Shown: positions 40,005 through 54,465, counted from the first letter of the stretch. The stretch is DNA of 64,000 bases from Octopus sinensis (GCF_006345805.1 NC_043011.1:64058464-64122463); one strand, 5' to 3'. The notes: generated by a model from the letters alone, not told the origin. Numbers and translations: made by a program.

Positions 40005-42114
40005 ATTTCGGAATGGTCATTTTGCCAGGTTAGCCAATAAAAACACACGCACTATATATTTGGTGTTACTTTGCTTCAGTGTTATTTATTTTTTACACTG
40101 ATCTTAATCTTATTTCGGCCAGAGTTCTTTCGTCACACTCCTGAGACCGCGTCAGTGGTCCTTTGTTTACTTCTTTCTTATTTGTGTCTCTCCTTACTGA
40201 CCATCAACAAGTTTGTAGTTCTATTGTATATCTTCATTTGCGCATGCTTATATCTCTATGTGCATCTATGTTTATTTAGTGTGTGTTGGGGGGGATGCCT
40301 GCAGTACATGTATCTTCTGTTTATATAGGTTCATTTAATTTGCTTTGTTGTTGTTGTTTTTGTTTATTCTTATTTTGTTCATGTGTTTACATACACTAAT
40401 TATTATCATTACGTATGCTTGTATGTATGTATGTATAACAACAATACTAGTAATAATAATATTAAATCGAATCGAAAAAAAAATATATGGTTATTTATTT
40501 CTATTTGTTTATTTATCTGTGTATTTATTATGTTTTCGGTATCCTCTATCGTTATATGTTGTGGTGTTTGCTAGTGTCCCATTCTAGTTTTCTATTCAGG
40601 CTAGGTTTTATTTTCTATTATGTGTGTAGCTTCTGTACTTTGTCTGATTGTTGCATCTGTTCTATGTGTTGAGAATATTTCAATTTCTATGTTGTTGATT
40701 GATCCCTCGTGTTCCTGTTCGGCGTGTTGGTACAGAATCCATGAGCTTTTACCTTCTTTGAGTTGTCTCCAAAGTACATTTACCCGATCTCCTATGCTTC
40801 TTGCTGTTTCCCCTACGTATGTCGTTGTCTTGTTACTGCATCGTCCCTCTATATATCTTATAATATAGACTACATTTCTGGCTTTACAGTTTGTTTGTGG
40901 GCTAAATCTACATAGAGTGCAGTACTTATCCGTAGAGGGGGTTTTACTAAAAGCATAGGTTCTACCAATTATAGATTTGAGAGGGTTGCCTGGCTTTTAT
41001 ACAACCTTAATCCTTAGCTTAAGTTTGTCTAGGGTCCTTATAAAGCGGTACGCCAGTTCACCTCAAGGGGTGGTGTCAACGAACATGACACTCTGGTATT
41101 TATGGCTATCATACCGAGAGTTGGCCTTCCCTATTTTCTTTTTTGTCCTTTCTATAGTGTTCCATAACTTGTTCCTATAGAGTGGGCAAATCCCATTCCT
41201 CTCATTACGTAATATATTATCAAATTTCTTCATGGCTCCTTTGTATACTCTGATCTTTTCTTTATGGCTGTAACCTGAGAACTGCATGCGGTGAATGAAA
41301 TATTGTATGTGTCTCTTTAACTCTTTGGGCTCGCACATGCGTGACACATTTCTCATTATTCTGACGAGGTCTGCCATCAAAATATTGAATTTGGCATTGT
41401 CCGCAATGGCTGAGTTCCGGTGGATGAAGTATTTTCAGGCCATAGGTTTGGCATAGTATGAATGAAGGATTTGGGTTTTATTATTCACAATTTCTAGTAA
41501 GAGTTCAGTGTCTAGTACTGGTAGTCTATGGTTGGGGTGTTTAGTGGGGTAGTCTATTGTGACCTTAATACTCTGGTGGATGGAGTTAACTATTTGATGG
41601 ATGCTCTCCATAGTATTAGTTTATATTACTATATCAACAGTACTCTCTTGTGGGGGTGCACTTTACCACTATGTTGATATCATCAACATAGTGAGAGTAC
41701 ATGTTTACGAGTATGGAGTTCTTTGTTAGGCGTTATTTAAGCCTTCTGTCCCACCATACCATGAAAATGTTGGCCACATCACCAGCGATAGTAACGCCGA
41801 TGGCTGCCCCCTTGTCCTGGGCATATATTTTATTGTTAAACTTAACCATGTGGCCTTTTAAGGTAACTGTTATACTAACTCCTAGTGCATGTGCGATCAT
41901 TTTCTTTACCTGATGGACATTTGCGGTCACATGAGTGTGACGAAAGAACTCTGGCCGAAATAAGATTAAGATTAATGTAAAAAATAAATAACACTGAAGC
42001 AAAGTAATACCAAATATATAGTGCGTGAGTTTTTATTGGCTAATCTGGCAAAATGACCATTCCGAAATATAACAATATTTGTTTCAACACACGACTTCAC
42101 ATAAAAAATCTTGC

Positions 42115-42120
<6 letters not shown>
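40005..42120 (-). mobile_element. 5'-truncated Penelope-like element (RT + C-terminal GIY-YIG) with 3' pLTR and 5' inverted pLTR
   Basis: QDKGAAIGVTIAGDVANIFM, YVDD, MADLVRIMRN, CKARNVVYII..YVGETARSIG; a few stops; pLTR 40005-40550, inverted copy 41922-42120. Confidence 0.92.
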
Positions 42121-42165
<45 letters not shown>

Positions 42166-42167
<2 letters not shown>

Positions 42168-43200
42168 ATAAAAAACTTATTCGGAGAAGAGAAAACAACA
42201 CGTGCCTTCGGTCATATAATATAATAAATAAAACATATGCATATATACATACATATATGTACATACTTGCATCTATATGTATATATACATGCATATATGA
42301 GTACAGGACACCACAAATAAACGCAGAACACAACGAGAAACAAAAACATAAAATCAAACAAGGAAACAGACTTTTTTAACAACGAAAAAACAGAGTGCAG
42401 GACAAAGAATACAAGGAAAATTCCCCTTCATCAGCTGCCCCTGGTTCGACTCAATTCTAAAGAAATTCTAAAAGAAAAAAAATTCTAATGCCAAATATGC
42501 CGATAATAGACAAAATCGTCAGTAACCATATAAGTTATCAATATAAGCACGCGTCTCGAAGTAATCCGACAGAAATTTCTAAAATAAATTCCGTTATAAT
42601 CGCATTGATCCCAATTTCAGAGTTAATTCATAAGAACTTACTCCTCGTCAGCGATAAATACGGTAAGAAATAAATAAAATACTTACTTATACCCATGGAA
42701 GAAGCAAACACTAAGTCATGAGCACACCTAAGTAACCTAAATATATCCAAAATAGAAATAGAAATATGCTGGCCATTGATAGAATTTTCTTCGGAAAAAT
42801 TATTCTATATTAGATGTAAATTTAATAGTGTTCACTTCCAGACTCTCTCACTCTATGAGAGTTTTCAGTCTGATCGCTCGTGTCTGGGGGTGTGCCAGGG
42901 AATTTCTATTTTGGATATATTTGGATATATCTATTTTGGATATTTAGGTGTGTTCATGACTTAGTGTTTGCTTCTTCCATGGGTATAAGTAAGTATTTCA
43001 TTTATTTCTTACCGTATTTATCGCTGACGAGGAGAAAATTCTTATGAATTCACTCTGAAATTGGGACCAATGCGATAATAACTGAATTTCTTTAGAAATT
43101 TCTGTCGGCTTACTTCAAGACGTGTGCTTATAGTGGTAAATTATGTGGTTATTGACGATTTTGTCTATTTTCGGCATATTTGGTTTTAGAATTTAATATG
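42166..43200. mobile_element. Second PLE-pLTR-like family: minus-strand copy 42166-42775 and inverted copy about 42920-43200
   Basis: About 280-nt inverted repeat; hammerhead-like motifs at 42599-42656 (-) and 43019-43077 (+). Confidence 0.75.
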
Positions 43201-43827
43201 TGGGTAAATGGCTAAAAGTTGCCTTGTTTGTAATTATACCATATTTTTATATATATATATATATATATATCACACTTTGAATATATATGCGAATATATAC
43301 CAAAACTATATAACATTCAATAGAATCTTCTCTTTTTCCTCCTGCTTTCAGCCTTCTACCCAATTCCCTTATCATGGTTTTGAGTAAAGAGTGCAATTAA
43401 AGGCAACATGTAATTTCCTTCACTCTAACGGAATTCGGACGTCTCTTATATATCAATCCTCCTTTCCGCTGCTTAGTCATCATGTCCTCGAAACTGTTAA
43501 TATCTGCTGTTTTCATCACCTCCTTACTTTACACGGTAAGGGTTGCCAAGGTTTGATCTGGGCAGAGTTGATTGAACAGGGTTCGGCAATTAAGAGACAT
43601 TCGCACTCATTTACCATCTTTAAGAGGCGTAGGTGAGAAAAGATGGCTTTCGGATGTATATAATTGTATCGGATAGATGTTTATCAAATACCATAATCTG
43701 TCAGAATTCTTCTTGTTTCTCGACATAGAAGCTTCTTAATTAAAAAATGTAAACAAATTCAGAAATCTATAAATACTTTACATGTTTGCGTTGTTTCAAA
43801 ACTCCTTTCTTTATGATTTCTCTGCAG

Positions 43828-43915
43828 ACTATTGCGACTCAAGGCTCACTGCATGTTTGGAATGACGAAACACTGTGATTCGTATTTCAATGTTCACTTT
43901 TACCAAAAGTGCTTT
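43828..43915 (+). CDS. Paralog C exon 3 (LLRLKAHCMFGMTKHCDSYFNVHFYQKCF)
   Basis: ttctctgcag acceptor, 88 nt, phase 2->0, gtaagt donor. Confidence 0.9.
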
Positions 43916-44667
43916 GTAAGTTATATATTTATTTCTTGTCAGAATTAGAGTTATTATGAGAAAAATTTATTGAATTTGATCAGCGTATATTATCGTATAC
44001 TATTTATCATTTCTGCAGTTGCTATATGTTCACATATCTCTGGATATATTTGACGGTAAAAATCCCAAAATAAACAAAAAGCATAACTATTTCAAAAGAC
44101 TTGCTGGGAAATAGGTGGACAAATTGAAAATATATTTATTTAGTAATGGGATGCTATACTCTAATATCCAATCAACACAGAGTGTTAGTATGGATTGGTA
44201 TTAAGAAATACCCTTAAAATATTGGTGTTAAATTTAAAATAGGATGTGATGCAGTGAAACACATTCAGATATATAAATATATATATATATAAACATACGC
44301 AGAGTATGTCTCTACATTTTACATAAAACATTTCTCATAATTCTACCTCCACTTATAAAGACAGATATTTCGTGCGATATATAAAATGATGAGACGCCTA
44401 CATGTACATACATATATGCCTACATACATACGTACGTACATACATACATATATAGACAGACAGACTGACAATAATTTATTTATATGTTTCCTGAAGTACA
44501 ATACTGTGTAAACGTTTTCACTTATGCTTTTAGTATAAAACTAATTGCAAAGTACGAAATATCTTGAATTGAATAGAAAAAAATATATAACAAGGACGCA
44601 CAAAAATGAAAATCTGTAACCCATATAAACATATGTATGCAAATACAAATACACACCCGCACGCATG

Positions 44668-44734
<67 letters not shown>

Positions 44735-45129
44735 ATATATATATATATATCTATCTATCTGTCTATGTATCTATCTGTCTCTCTGTCTATGTGTGTATGT
44801 ATGTATTTACCTATATATGTATATGTGTGTGATTGCGCGTCTGTATGTGTATCTTTTATCATTTATCTTTGAATTGTTTCAGTCATTTGACTGCGGCCAT
44901 GCTGGGGCACTGCTGTATGTGGATGCAATTCGCTCTGCAACTATCGAGCAATAACATCGGTGTGGCACAAATGATTGTGAAGTATCTGGCATGGTTGCAA
45001 AGACAATTAAGCCACACACACCCGCCTAAAAGACTGCCTTAATTGAAAGCCCGAGCGTTGCCACCATTACTGCAAAGCTGACAATTACACCAAACATTTC
45101 ATGAATATTAGAGACCTCCTACAAAGCTG

Positions 45130-45850
45130 CAGCAGTCACAAAATTGCATAATTGAGGGATCTTTCTGTGTGAAATCCAGAGATTTGCATTGCAATTACAG
45201 AGACGCATCTCTGCAGATATAAATTATGCAGACATACAAAGAGAAATGTATCCTATGTTCCGTGCAAGCAGATGGGGAAATGAAATCACGTGGTGTTGCA
45301 TTCTACATCCGTGATGATGTCACACCAATAACCTTGTTGTCACACTCAAACTCGGTCAGTGACACGCTCATAGTACATTTAATGTAACTTGAAGTGGTTA
45401 TATCTGCACTGTATCGCCAACCGGATACCTCAAATCGTGATGGTAATTATGAGGTATGTTTAGAATGACAAAAGACGTACTAACGAAACTGGATCAACTG
45501 TTAATATACTTCTGATGGGTGACTTCAGCTCCCTCAACATAAAATGACTTGAAGGCCACATAGTCTCAGAAATAATATCCAAAGAGTGTAACCAAGGAGA
45601 ATCTCTACACGATGTCAAAATAAAAAATATTGTTCATGGAGAAAACAATATTCATCATTTTTCACCCAATATGTACATCTTATCCACAATGTGAAGATAA
45701 CTCCGACAATCTTCTCAGACCGCATATGAAAGAACTAAGGATGTATTGCCCAAAACAAATTAATGACTTATTTCATAAACATGGCACCTAAACTTTGTCT
45801 AGTCTAAACTTCTACAAGGCTGACTGGAAGTCAATTGTAAATAACTGTGG
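45130..45850 (+). mobile_element. LINE apurinic endonuclease relic (CR1-like)
   Basis: ITETHL, GVAFYIRDD, LYRQPD, LLMGDFS. Confidence 0.7.
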
Positions 45851-46010
45851 TTTATATCTGTTCTTGTGCATCTGAAATAAAGGAATGAGTAGGGATATTA
45901 GTATAGACTGCATATCATTTTATCTTTCTAGTCATGTTTTGTTTCATATATGTAAATACAAAGATATAACATATGTGGATTATCTCTCCCTTATATATTT
46001 TTGTTTGCAG

Positions 46011-46088
46011 TATTTTCGAACAATTAAAGACTGGAAAGATCCCGACACCATGCTTCCACATGTTATCGATATGGACGAAATGAAATGA
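46011..46088 (+). CDS. Paralog C candidate terminal exon (YFRTIKDWKDPDTMLPHVIDMDEMK*)
   Basis: Strong acceptor tttttgtttgcag, phase 0 fits exon 3, gives a 100-aa precursor; no clear homology to the B tail and no nearby AATAAA. Confidence 0.5.
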   Translation, partial: YFRTIKDWKDPDTMLPHVIDMDEMK

Positions 46089-46371
46089 ATATGTCAGTTC
46101 CATCATAATCACGTGCTGACTGACAAACAAATATTTTATGGTATAACAAAACTTGGAGAAACATTTAAAAAATGACAATAGATGTGTAACGCTAGATTTA
46201 GTATGATACCACATCAGACATATGCTCTTTCTCTTGTCACCAATATTGATAACAATTTATGTAACTAATGCACTAATTTTGTTCCTGCATTCAACGCAAA
46301 AGAAGCCATATCCATGTAACGTTTACTCAATATTTTCATTCTTAATATACATATATATATATATATATATG

Positions 46372-46428
<57 letters not shown>

Positions 46429-46453
46429 ATACACATATATGCATATATGTATG

Positions 46454-46535
<82 letters not shown>

Positions 46536-47189
46536 CATAAATACATACACGCATACATAATACCAATGATAATCTGTAAGAACACTAAAAATATCAATGC
46601 TGTTAGTAGTTCAGCATTACTGTTGTACAGTTGCTATAAAAGTAGTGATGCCATTGGAATCTTTGAAACCAATAAAAAAGTTAAAACATTTACTACCGTC
46701 TCGTTTTGTGTTGAGGTACTTTAAATCCCGCTATTATGAAGTGACTATTATGAAGCTATGTTTCATATTTGCTGTTGTTAATAAACAATCGAAAATGTAT
46801 TCGAATATTTGTCCCATATAAATTTGTTACTTTGACATAATGAGCTAAATCTTTATGTGTTCGACAATGGAAATATTGTTCAGGGAGATTTATTATTACG
46901 GCCCCTTCTGATATATCTTGTACAGAACGTGGTGTAAGATCTCACGTTTATTTTAATGCTATATACACAGAGATACCCACACAAACGCAGACATATTCTA
47001 CGAACGAGAATCAAAAGTTGTACGCACACTTATTTTTTCTATGCATTTACACAAAAGTAGGGAACAGACATATACGCTATTTTTGTACACAATCACCTTT
47101 GTTTTCGATATACTTCGTCCAGCGGTTCACAAGCGTATTCCTTTCAAAAAGAAGATTTTCGGTTAGTCGTGCTAATATATCTGCACCGC

Positions 47190-47400
47190 TTCCTTCACAT
47201 CTCTATCTGTAGCAAGTGGGCAACATCGTAAACCCTATTTGAACGGTCGAAAGATATGATAACCGGAAGGGGCCAGATCTGAGCTGTAGGCAGGGTGTTT
47301 CAGCAAAACCCAATTGGTTAGTGGTTACAACGGTTTCGGTTACTGTGGGCGAGCATTGCCCTGTAACAACAAAACTTCTTTCGACAACAGTTTCAATAAT
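47190..47400 (-). mobile_element. Mariner catalytic-domain fragment
   Basis: LLQGNARP; HPAYSSDLAPSGYHIF. Confidence 0.7.
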
Positions 47401-48987
47401 ATATAGTAGCACGCATGCGCAGAAGACTGTTTGACAAGAATAAAGATGACTTATGCGGATAATGTTTGTGCTCCCTCATATTATGCAAGCTACCAATTGT
47501 TTGATCGAACGAAATAATATAATTGTTATTTACCGACATAGATTAACGAAGCACATTCTCAGCCCCCCCCCCATGTTTTTCGCTAAGTACTTCTCTGCCC
47601 CCATTTTGCCACTCCTCTATGCATTTATATCAAACACATTTTTATCTACCTTTATAATTCTTATATTCTTATACAGTTATTTGTATATTGTTTTTATTTT
47701 GCTTCTTCATCATTTTATTCTTCATCATTTTATTCTTCATATTTCTCCTAATATTTTGATGCCCCTACATCTTCCTTCAGCATTTGAAAATATACAAGCA
47801 CCCTAGTGTGCATACATACCTATTAGAGACTACATGCGTGTCATAAACACGCGCGTATGTTCTAATACACGCTTGTATGGTTTTAAAACGAAGCAATAAT
47901 CTACCAACTTACCTAGAATTGTTATGTTCGTCTACTGACACAAAAAATCTTATCTTCCACCTCTCTCTTCTTCTCCCTCGGTATACTAACAAATTCTAAC
48001 TGAATATTATTCCTCTATCTGTTTTCTTTGACTATGTTTAAATGTAGTTTCAGGGTACAATATACTTACTTATATTAGAGCCAGGGTACAATATACATAC
48101 TTAAAATTGACCCCGTAAGTGACCTCCAGCTCAAGTTTACAAAGACATTCCTCTAGCGATCTTGAATAATACCAAGCAATTTTCCCCTACTCATTCCCCT
48201 CACTTTTTCTGTATTTGTATTTTTAGACACTTACCCACTCCCTTACATTATTTCTTCACAAATATGTTTTCCCTCTTCTTCTCTCACTCAGTGCTCTCTC
48301 TGAATTTCAATCAAATCTCCTGCGATTTAATGTGCGATTTCTTGACAACAATATAAGCTTCATTTGATTAAGGTATCTTTGTCCTGATGGGTAGCTAGAG
48401 GATTACTCCCGGTTTCTGTAAATACTCCTTCGGAACAATTATTTGATATTGAATTTAGAGGTTTAAAAAAATTAAATATAAATGCCATATTAGAATAAAT
48501 AGAAAACTCTACAACGAATATACAGTTCACAAGTAAATATATATACATATATTTTTAAAACATATACTCGTAGTTGAATCTTCTATGAATTTTAATATCA
48601 CTTATCAGTTTTTAGTACCCAGCCCGCGATCTCAATAATTAATCAATTATCAATTAATTAAATAATTAGTAGTATTCTATACTCGTTCACCCCACCCCTG
48701 AGCAAGTTTATTTTCCAAATTATAATATTTTTATTCATATATATATATATATATATTACTTGTAATTTTCAAGCTCTCCGAAGCAGCCAGCTGCGAGCGT
48801 ATATTACACCATTAAAAATCCCCCCCTCCAATTCAATTTTAAATGCTCGTTTGTGTATTTGAATTAAGTTACATCACACAATCTTGCACACATCATCAAA
48901 ATTTCAATTCTGCTTACATTACAACTGTCCGACTGACAATAATGTGAAATTCCAAAGTTACAACTCTTGTGATAATATTGGAGTTAG

Positions 48988-49073
<86 letters not shown>

Positions 49074-49074
49074 T

Positions 49075-49415
49075 GTTGTATTTAGGAATGGTCATTTTGC
49101 CAGTTTAGCCAATAAAAACACACGCACTATATATTTGGTGTTACTTTGCTTCAGTGTTATTTATTTTTTACATTAATCTTAATCTTATTTCGGCCAGAGT
49201 TCTTTCGTCACACTCCTGTGACCGTATCAGTGGTCCTTTGTTTTCTTCTTACTTATTTGTGTCTCTCCTTACTAACCGTCAGCCAAAGTAACACCAAATA
49301 TATAGTGCGTGTGTTTTTATTGGCTAAACTGGCAAAATGACCATTCCTAATTACAACAATATCTGTTTCAACACACGACTTCACATAAAATGTCTTGCAC
49401 AACAAATATTTAAAC
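49075..49415. mobile_element. Solo pLTR of the 40005 PLE family with 5' inverted fragment, in (TA)n
   Basis: Near-identical to 40007-40200; inversion junction about 49285; (TA)n on both sides. Confidence 0.9.
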
Positions 49416-49538
<123 letters not shown>

Positions 49539-49614
49539 TAGGTAAACTTAGAGATGTTTCGACCAAAATTGGTACAGGTCATGTCTAACTTAATAGCACT
49601 GCCTGATAGGATTA

Positions 49615-50282
49615 TTCGAATCCTGTTTAAGTCAAGTTTTGTTTATGGTCCATTCAAGTAGTGAGTTTTTGTTGGGTGAGTTGTATCCAATTATGGGTGG
49701 CTTATCTGGTATTCCTTGAAGGAATCTATCCAGACTCCGTTTAAATTTGATGGGATCCTTTTCCTCTTTGATCTCTTTCGGGACAATGTTAAATAGGGCA
49801 GGGCCTATTGAGGAAAATAAATTATGTTGCAGTGTACATGTATGCTGTGATCTTGAATTGGGCAGGGGACGTATAGCCCGTGTTCCAAGTATTGGATGAA
49901 CCTTGAGGCTAATGTTCAGGTCGTTTGGGCAAAGTTGGCGGTATATTCTCCACATCGAACAAATGATGTACCGCTCACGGCGACGCTGGAGAGAGTAGAG
50001 TTTCAAGGCTTTAAGGCGATCCCAATAATCGAGAGCAGTCATGCCTTCAATTCGTTTAGTGAGTGCCATCTGGGGTTATTCAGTCCTTGATATGTTTTGT
50101 CTTATATGGGGAGACCACAGTGGGCAGTAGTATTCGAGGCGTGGCCGTACAAAGAGGAGAAAAGTAGTATGATGACACCTTGTTCTCTGGACCGGAAAGT
50201 TCTTAAGATCCAGGAACTCATCCTACGAGCTATATCGACCTTCTTGTTGATGTGTGCACTCCAACAGAGATCGTCATCAACA

Positions 50283-50285
<3 letters not shown>
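49615..50285 (-). mobile_element. CR1-like LINE 3' part (RT C-terminus)
   Basis: VRPRLEYYCPLWSPH...YWDRLKALKLYSLQRRRERY...FKRSLDRFLQGIPDKP. Confidence 0.9.
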
Positions 50286-50327
<42 letters not shown>

Positions 50328-50560
50328 GAGGCGCAATGGCCTAGTGGTTAGGGCAGCGGACTCGCGGTCGCAGGATCGCGGTTTCGATTCTCAGACTGGG
50401 CGTTGTGTGTGTTTATTGAGCGAAAACACCTAAAAAAGCTCTACGAGGCTCCGGCAGGGGGTGGTGATCCCTGCTGTACTCATTCACCACAATGGCGGTG
50501 CCCCAGCATGGCCACAGCTCAAGAGCTGAAACTGGAAAAACAAAAACAAAACAAAAACAA
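50328..50560 (+). mobile_element. Short chimeric SINE (3563-type head joined to GGCGGTGCCCCAGCATGGCC tail)
   Basis: Switch at about 50493; (CAAAA)n-like tail. Confidence 0.8.
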
Positions 50561-50849
50561 TATATATATATAAATCACACAAATTCATTTAGCGATGCTG
50601 TGTAAAGAAGATTGTTCGGAATCAGAATGAAGCACGGGAAAATAGAAAAAAACTAAACGGAAAAACCTGGGAGTTCAGTTATTCTGGAATTGATTAAGAT
50701 ATCGGATGTTACAAAACGTGTGGTTTAATCGTTGCGGTAATCAGCTGATGATCGAACGCCAGGAGATAGATTCCCGTTAGCGCTTTTTCTTCTTGATGAT
50801 CGTTCAATTCCTTCTTGCTCTAGTCCATTCACCTGGCAATATTACGTTG

Positions 50850-51030
50850 TACTTCTAATTCACAGGGCAAGCGATGTAGCTTAGTGTGTCACGTTTAATG
50901 TCCATGCGATCTATGTCAACGGTACACGTATCTGTGTGATACTCGTCCACTTTTGCGTTTAGATCACAAGAATATTTTTCGGTTGCTCTCATCCACTGGG
51001 GCATTCGTCGTCGTAACCGACGGAGAGCCA
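50850..51030 (+). mobile_element. Degenerate SINE 3' body (3563 family)
   Basis: Ends CGTCGTCGTAACCGACGGAGAGCCA. Confidence 0.6.
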
Positions 51031-51366
51031 TGCTTGTCTCTCTCTTTCTATCTACCATTTAGTTTTAATCCACTCGTTACTTTCTCATTCCAAAATTTGC
51101 ATCTACTTCTCGTTTTATTATTTTTTTGTCTCGATTTTTTCTTGCACCTATTTTATTGTTTTTTAAAGTAGAAAAAACCTGTATCCAGAACCTGAAAATT
51201 GTTTCAAAACTCATGGCGCGTTATGAATATTTGCTCAACCACATGATGTTTCTCGCAATAAACTATTTAAGATCAGCTATTTTTAAAACATGAAATTATA
51301 TATATACGTGTGTGCATGTATATTTGCATACATACACATGTCTAATATATTTGTGAATGTATGAGC

Positions 51367-51405
<39 letters not shown>

Positions 51406-51629
51406 AGAGAGAGTATGATATGTATGTTTTTACAGACTTAATTAAAATCAATGGTTCAAGCGCACGGGCTAATTAGAAAAATATACGACACTATGATTTA
51501 AAATTGATTTCTACGTAAGAAAAGCACTAAACGTAGCCTTTTTTATGGCGTAGATATCGCTAAATTTTTGTTGATAACTAACACAAACGCTGCAAATCCT
51601 CAAATGACTATTTTTGTATTATTGGCAGA

Positions 51630-51639
51630 CATCTGTTCC
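51630..51639 (+). promoter_or_regulatory. CATCTG E-box upstream of paralog D
   Basis: 78 nt upstream of ATG. Confidence 0.5.
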
Positions 51640-51707
51640 ACTCTATTCTCAATGAATAATATAATGTCAGGAGAACAAAAGCCATTTTATATTACTCCAT
51701 TTAGACG

Positions 51708-51744
51708 ATGACAATATACATCATAATTTCGTTTTTGATCACTA
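51708..51744 (+). pseudogene. Paralog D exon 1 (MTIYIIISFLIT) with donor apparently mutated to CTAAAT
   Basis: ISFLI signal motif as in A and C; CATCTG 78 nt upstream; after 37 nt the sequence reads ctaaat instead of gtaa. Confidence 0.55.
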
Positions 51745-53094
51745 CTAAATACATATATTACATAAATGCTTTATCTCACTGGCTCCATTGCCATAAATAC
51801 ACACGCAAACACACAAGCAAACATGAACTGATGGGGTCAATAACCCCCATCTTCATGGAACAAAAGGTAAATTTTCTAAATCGTTTTCAAACAATATATG
51901 GAGGAACTGAATCCTAATTAAACAGATGTTGAAAACAAAATTGTCACCAGCTACTATATTGTTTTACAGTAGCTCCTTGCCCCACTCCCAAAGCCCAGTA
52001 ATACGATCCGTTTACACGCTTGGCTGAAAGCTGAACAATAAAGCAATTCAACATTGAAACATTAGAACCTTACCGAAGACGGTATAAATACAATATAAAC
52101 TGAAAAGTGTATTTCTGTGAGGTGAAGGGCGACATCTTCCTAAGAGTCAAAACAAATTTATATATGTGTGAATATATGTGTGTATGGGGGTGTTAGGTAC
52201 GAATGAGGAAGAGAGAGAGAGAGAGAGTGTGTGTGTGTGTGTGATAGAGAGACAGGCAGACAGAGAAAGAGAGATATGCATGTGCTTGTGTGATTTAGTT
52301 CGAATAAGTCGAGTTTCAATTGTTTGTTGCGTGTGAAACGAAGGACGTTTTGGAAGTTGCTGAAATTCACATCGTAATATTGAATCGTTATTTGAGTTTA
52401 TGTATGACTCTGTATGTTGGCGAGAGTAGTGAATAGTGAAATCTTAAAATAATGTATATTTATGAGACTTGCATATTCATGAAAATGCTATTGAAAATGT
52501 CTTATTTATAAATAATTATTTGATTTAACCCCGAAAATAAACAGTAATCGGGGAAATGTTTTAATTTTCATTAACATTTTGGTCATACTTGTCTTAGAAA
52601 AATTACTTTTCTGTATTTATCAAACACAATAATCACTGGATATTATTACGGATGTTTCTCTTCGTGATAATAAAATTACTGGGAAAATTATCTCTTAAAA
52701 ACCAACAAATGGCACACAAACTTTTTCAAACTTAAAACATCACACACAAACTTAAAACATCAAGCTATTTGAGGAATTTTATAGATAAACAACCTAACAC
52801 TTACTGAAAATATCTTTTCTTCACTCAATGACGAAAATCAAAACAAAATCTTATTGCGATAGATGAAACTTCTAACCTCTTCTTACCTGTCATAAAATCA
52901 TCAATTCCAGACAATAACACTGTATTTTTCAGCATTCATTTTCTAACCAACCCTCCAAAGCACTTTCTTATATTCTTTGTCTTAAAATTCCCCACAAATT
53001 CCAGATGCGGGATTTACTTGAAACCGCTCGCTCACCATGTCCGGCGATTTTTTTTTACAATATATTCCTATTTACCTCTAATCTACTATATCAG

Positions 53095-53206
53095 AAACGT
53101 ATATGTTAAACATTTGTCGAACATATTGTAATAGAATATCAAGTTTCAAGAGGTTGTGAGGCAAATGTTCGGTTGGGTGCCATTCACGTATGCATAACTA
53201 TTGTAA
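53095..53206 (+). pseudogene. Paralog D divergent exon 2 (K-TYMLNICRTYCNRISSFKRL*GKCSVGCHSRMHNYC-K)
   Basis: Pyrimidine-rich acceptor ...tatcag, phase 1->2, first Cys at codon 7 and end YC-AA|gtaaat as in the family; 112 nt; in-frame TGA at 53157-53159. Confidence 0.5.
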
Positions 53207-54465
53207 GTAAATGAAAGCCATTTCACTACTTCAATTTTCTATTTCTTCAACGACTGGTAACAAGTATAGCAGAATGTTGGAGTGAAGATAATTTGGCTAA
53301 AGTTTGACTAAGCTTATAATTTATACGAAGTAGATTTGTAAATTTTGGGAAACGTTTATATTTAGAGAGGTTTATGGATATAGTTGAAAAAAGGATATCC
53401 GGCAGTGAATGAAAATGCTGCAGTGAATAACATTGTGCTTTAACTAACGTAGTATGATGATATTTTCCTTTCAGTTACATTAACCAATTGAAATGTCACT
53501 CATTCTAATCGGGTGCACATTGCCGTTTGAGTTTCTCTCTTATTATCCCCGTCATTGCAAATAGGTGTACCTACAATAAGGTAACATCATCACTATTGAT
53601 TCATGTCGATATTGCAACACATCATAAATTCACCTACACAAAGGACCACCATCCGGGCGTTCCTCTACTCTATGCTTCACATTTACACAATTGACGTCTC
53701 CTTTGTTTGATTTATCTCAATTGCATAATTTATTTGTCTGAAGTTACTTACAAAGTACTTTCAGAAATATGCCCCACCAAGTGATTCACACATAAATTTA
53801 TAAATAACCACTTGCTTTCAATCCATGTTTCTCCGTATACGATTCAGAGGTTCAGATTTCGATTTTATAAGATTTTAAGGCGCAGGAAAATAATGGAGTC
53901 CAAATATTTCTTCATATGTTTACATGATTTGATTACAAATATTTGGTTAAAAAATTGAAATGCATAATTTATTGACTCACCAAATTTTGCACACGGAATT
54001 CCTATACATTTATAATCTCCAATATCCCAAAGCTGTTTAGAAAGATTCATTAAAAAATGGCGTTTAATTAAAATAAACGGTGGAAAAAACTAGGCTTGAG
54101 AATTATCCACACCTCCAACCCAGTGACCTCCGAAAGGGATTAGGAATACTGGGCCTCCAACTAGGCCATTCGTGATACCCTTAAATTCAAGAACCTGTCA
54201 GTATCCCATCGTAAGTACGACATTTCACTAAAGAAAATGGAGTTTATAAAAAGTTATACTGCAACAAACTAAGTTGAGGACAAAAATGTGTAGGTATGCC
54301 ATATCGTCGTCAACCAATTAAAGTAATCACACGCCAAATTGCGGTTCACCTATCATGCCCCCAGTACAACGTAGAATTTTCTGGCTAAAATGCGTAAATA
54401 TATATCGCTGACTCAACACTATATCGTGGGTTTCTGCGGCCAATAGGTATTTTTTATCTTTTCAG

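Noticed and set aside
44019-46911. Alternative phase-compatible exon chain for paralog C (44019-44055, 46631-46715, 46884-)
   Set aside because: Weaker splice sites and no clear family similarity; 46011 preferred, but cDNA is needed.
48380-48440. Possible hammerhead relic on the minus strand (CCGAAGG...GAAACCGG)
   Set aside because: Core has multiple mismatches and no stem I.
53157-53159. Selenocysteine reading of the TGA in paralog D
   Set aside because: No SECIS recognised and the exon-1 donor is also broken; a nonsense mutation is simpler.
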